Below, one piece after another: positions 63,751 through 64,000 of a stretch of 64,000 bases of DNA. Origin of the DNA: an uncultured cyanobacterium (GTDB lineage Bacteria; Cyanobacteriota; Cyanobacteriia; Cyanobacteriales; Microcystaceae). The stretch's first letter is position 1. The number at the start of each line of letters is the position of its first letter. The stretch is taken from positions 1 through 64,000 of the forward strand of contig CAWEDJ010000071.1 in the NCBI GenBank assembly GCA_963807635.1, read 5' to 3'. The notes beneath the pieces were generated by a model. It was not told where the DNA came from. It saw only the letters and a list, made by a program, of their open reading frames with translations, and did no database searches. A program made the translations under genes and the position numbers.

Positions 63751-64000
63751 AACTTCCCCCTTAATAACTGAGTATTAATAAATTAGGTCAATAGGTCATT
63801 GTATATCATTCTGTCGGTCATGGGTTAATCAATTTTCCTTGGAACCAGTCTTTCCTCCAGGCAGACCCATCCTAGATCTGAATTTTTCCAAATTTTTCCA
63901 AAATAGTTTTTCAGGATAGTTTGTCGAGTTAGAAGGCGATCGCAAAAAAAATACAAGCAAAACAAACGTCTGCTTGTATTTATGCCATGAAACTTAACAG

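Overview
Chromosomal window of a unicellular cyanobacterium (abundant HIP1 GCGATCGC; gene set resembles Synechocystis-type Chroococcales, inferred). 1-13.1 kb is mostly core genes: YhaV-type toxin (5' truncated), DUF2997-ycf35-ferredoxin, CIA30 protein, REC-PAS-HK kinase, ArsC/Spx, tocopherol genes vte4-hppD, ahr, hslO, argG, 1-Cys peroxiredoxin. 14-18 kb encodes one large extracellular-type protein (2x[CBM-like + cadherin-like] + beta-helix). 18.2-60.8 kb is a co-oriented minus-strand surface-glycan region: about 12 glycosyltransferases, epimerases, methyltransferases, DegT aminotransferase, deacetylase, Wzm/Wzt ABC, a Wzy-like protein, a degenerate Wzc, then HpsJ, the cyanoexosortase A pair and a WcaF-like acetyltransferase. 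The best candidate for an undescribed system lies inside it: an ICL/PEP-mutase-superfamily lyase gene next to a single-module A-T-TE protein whose A domain has oxalate-CoA-ligase motifs, suggesting an oxalate make-activate-transfer cassette for glycan tailoring. 61-64 kb is core again (DUF1816, rlmB, Mini-III, STAS). Several TA-flanked MITEs occur, one precisely interrupting a methyltransferase. About 20 reading-frame breaks, many at GGCC or HIP1 sites, look like long-read consensus errors, so split ORFs are merged below. No rRNA, tRNA or CRISPR array was seen. All family calls are from motif recognition by eye, not database searches.
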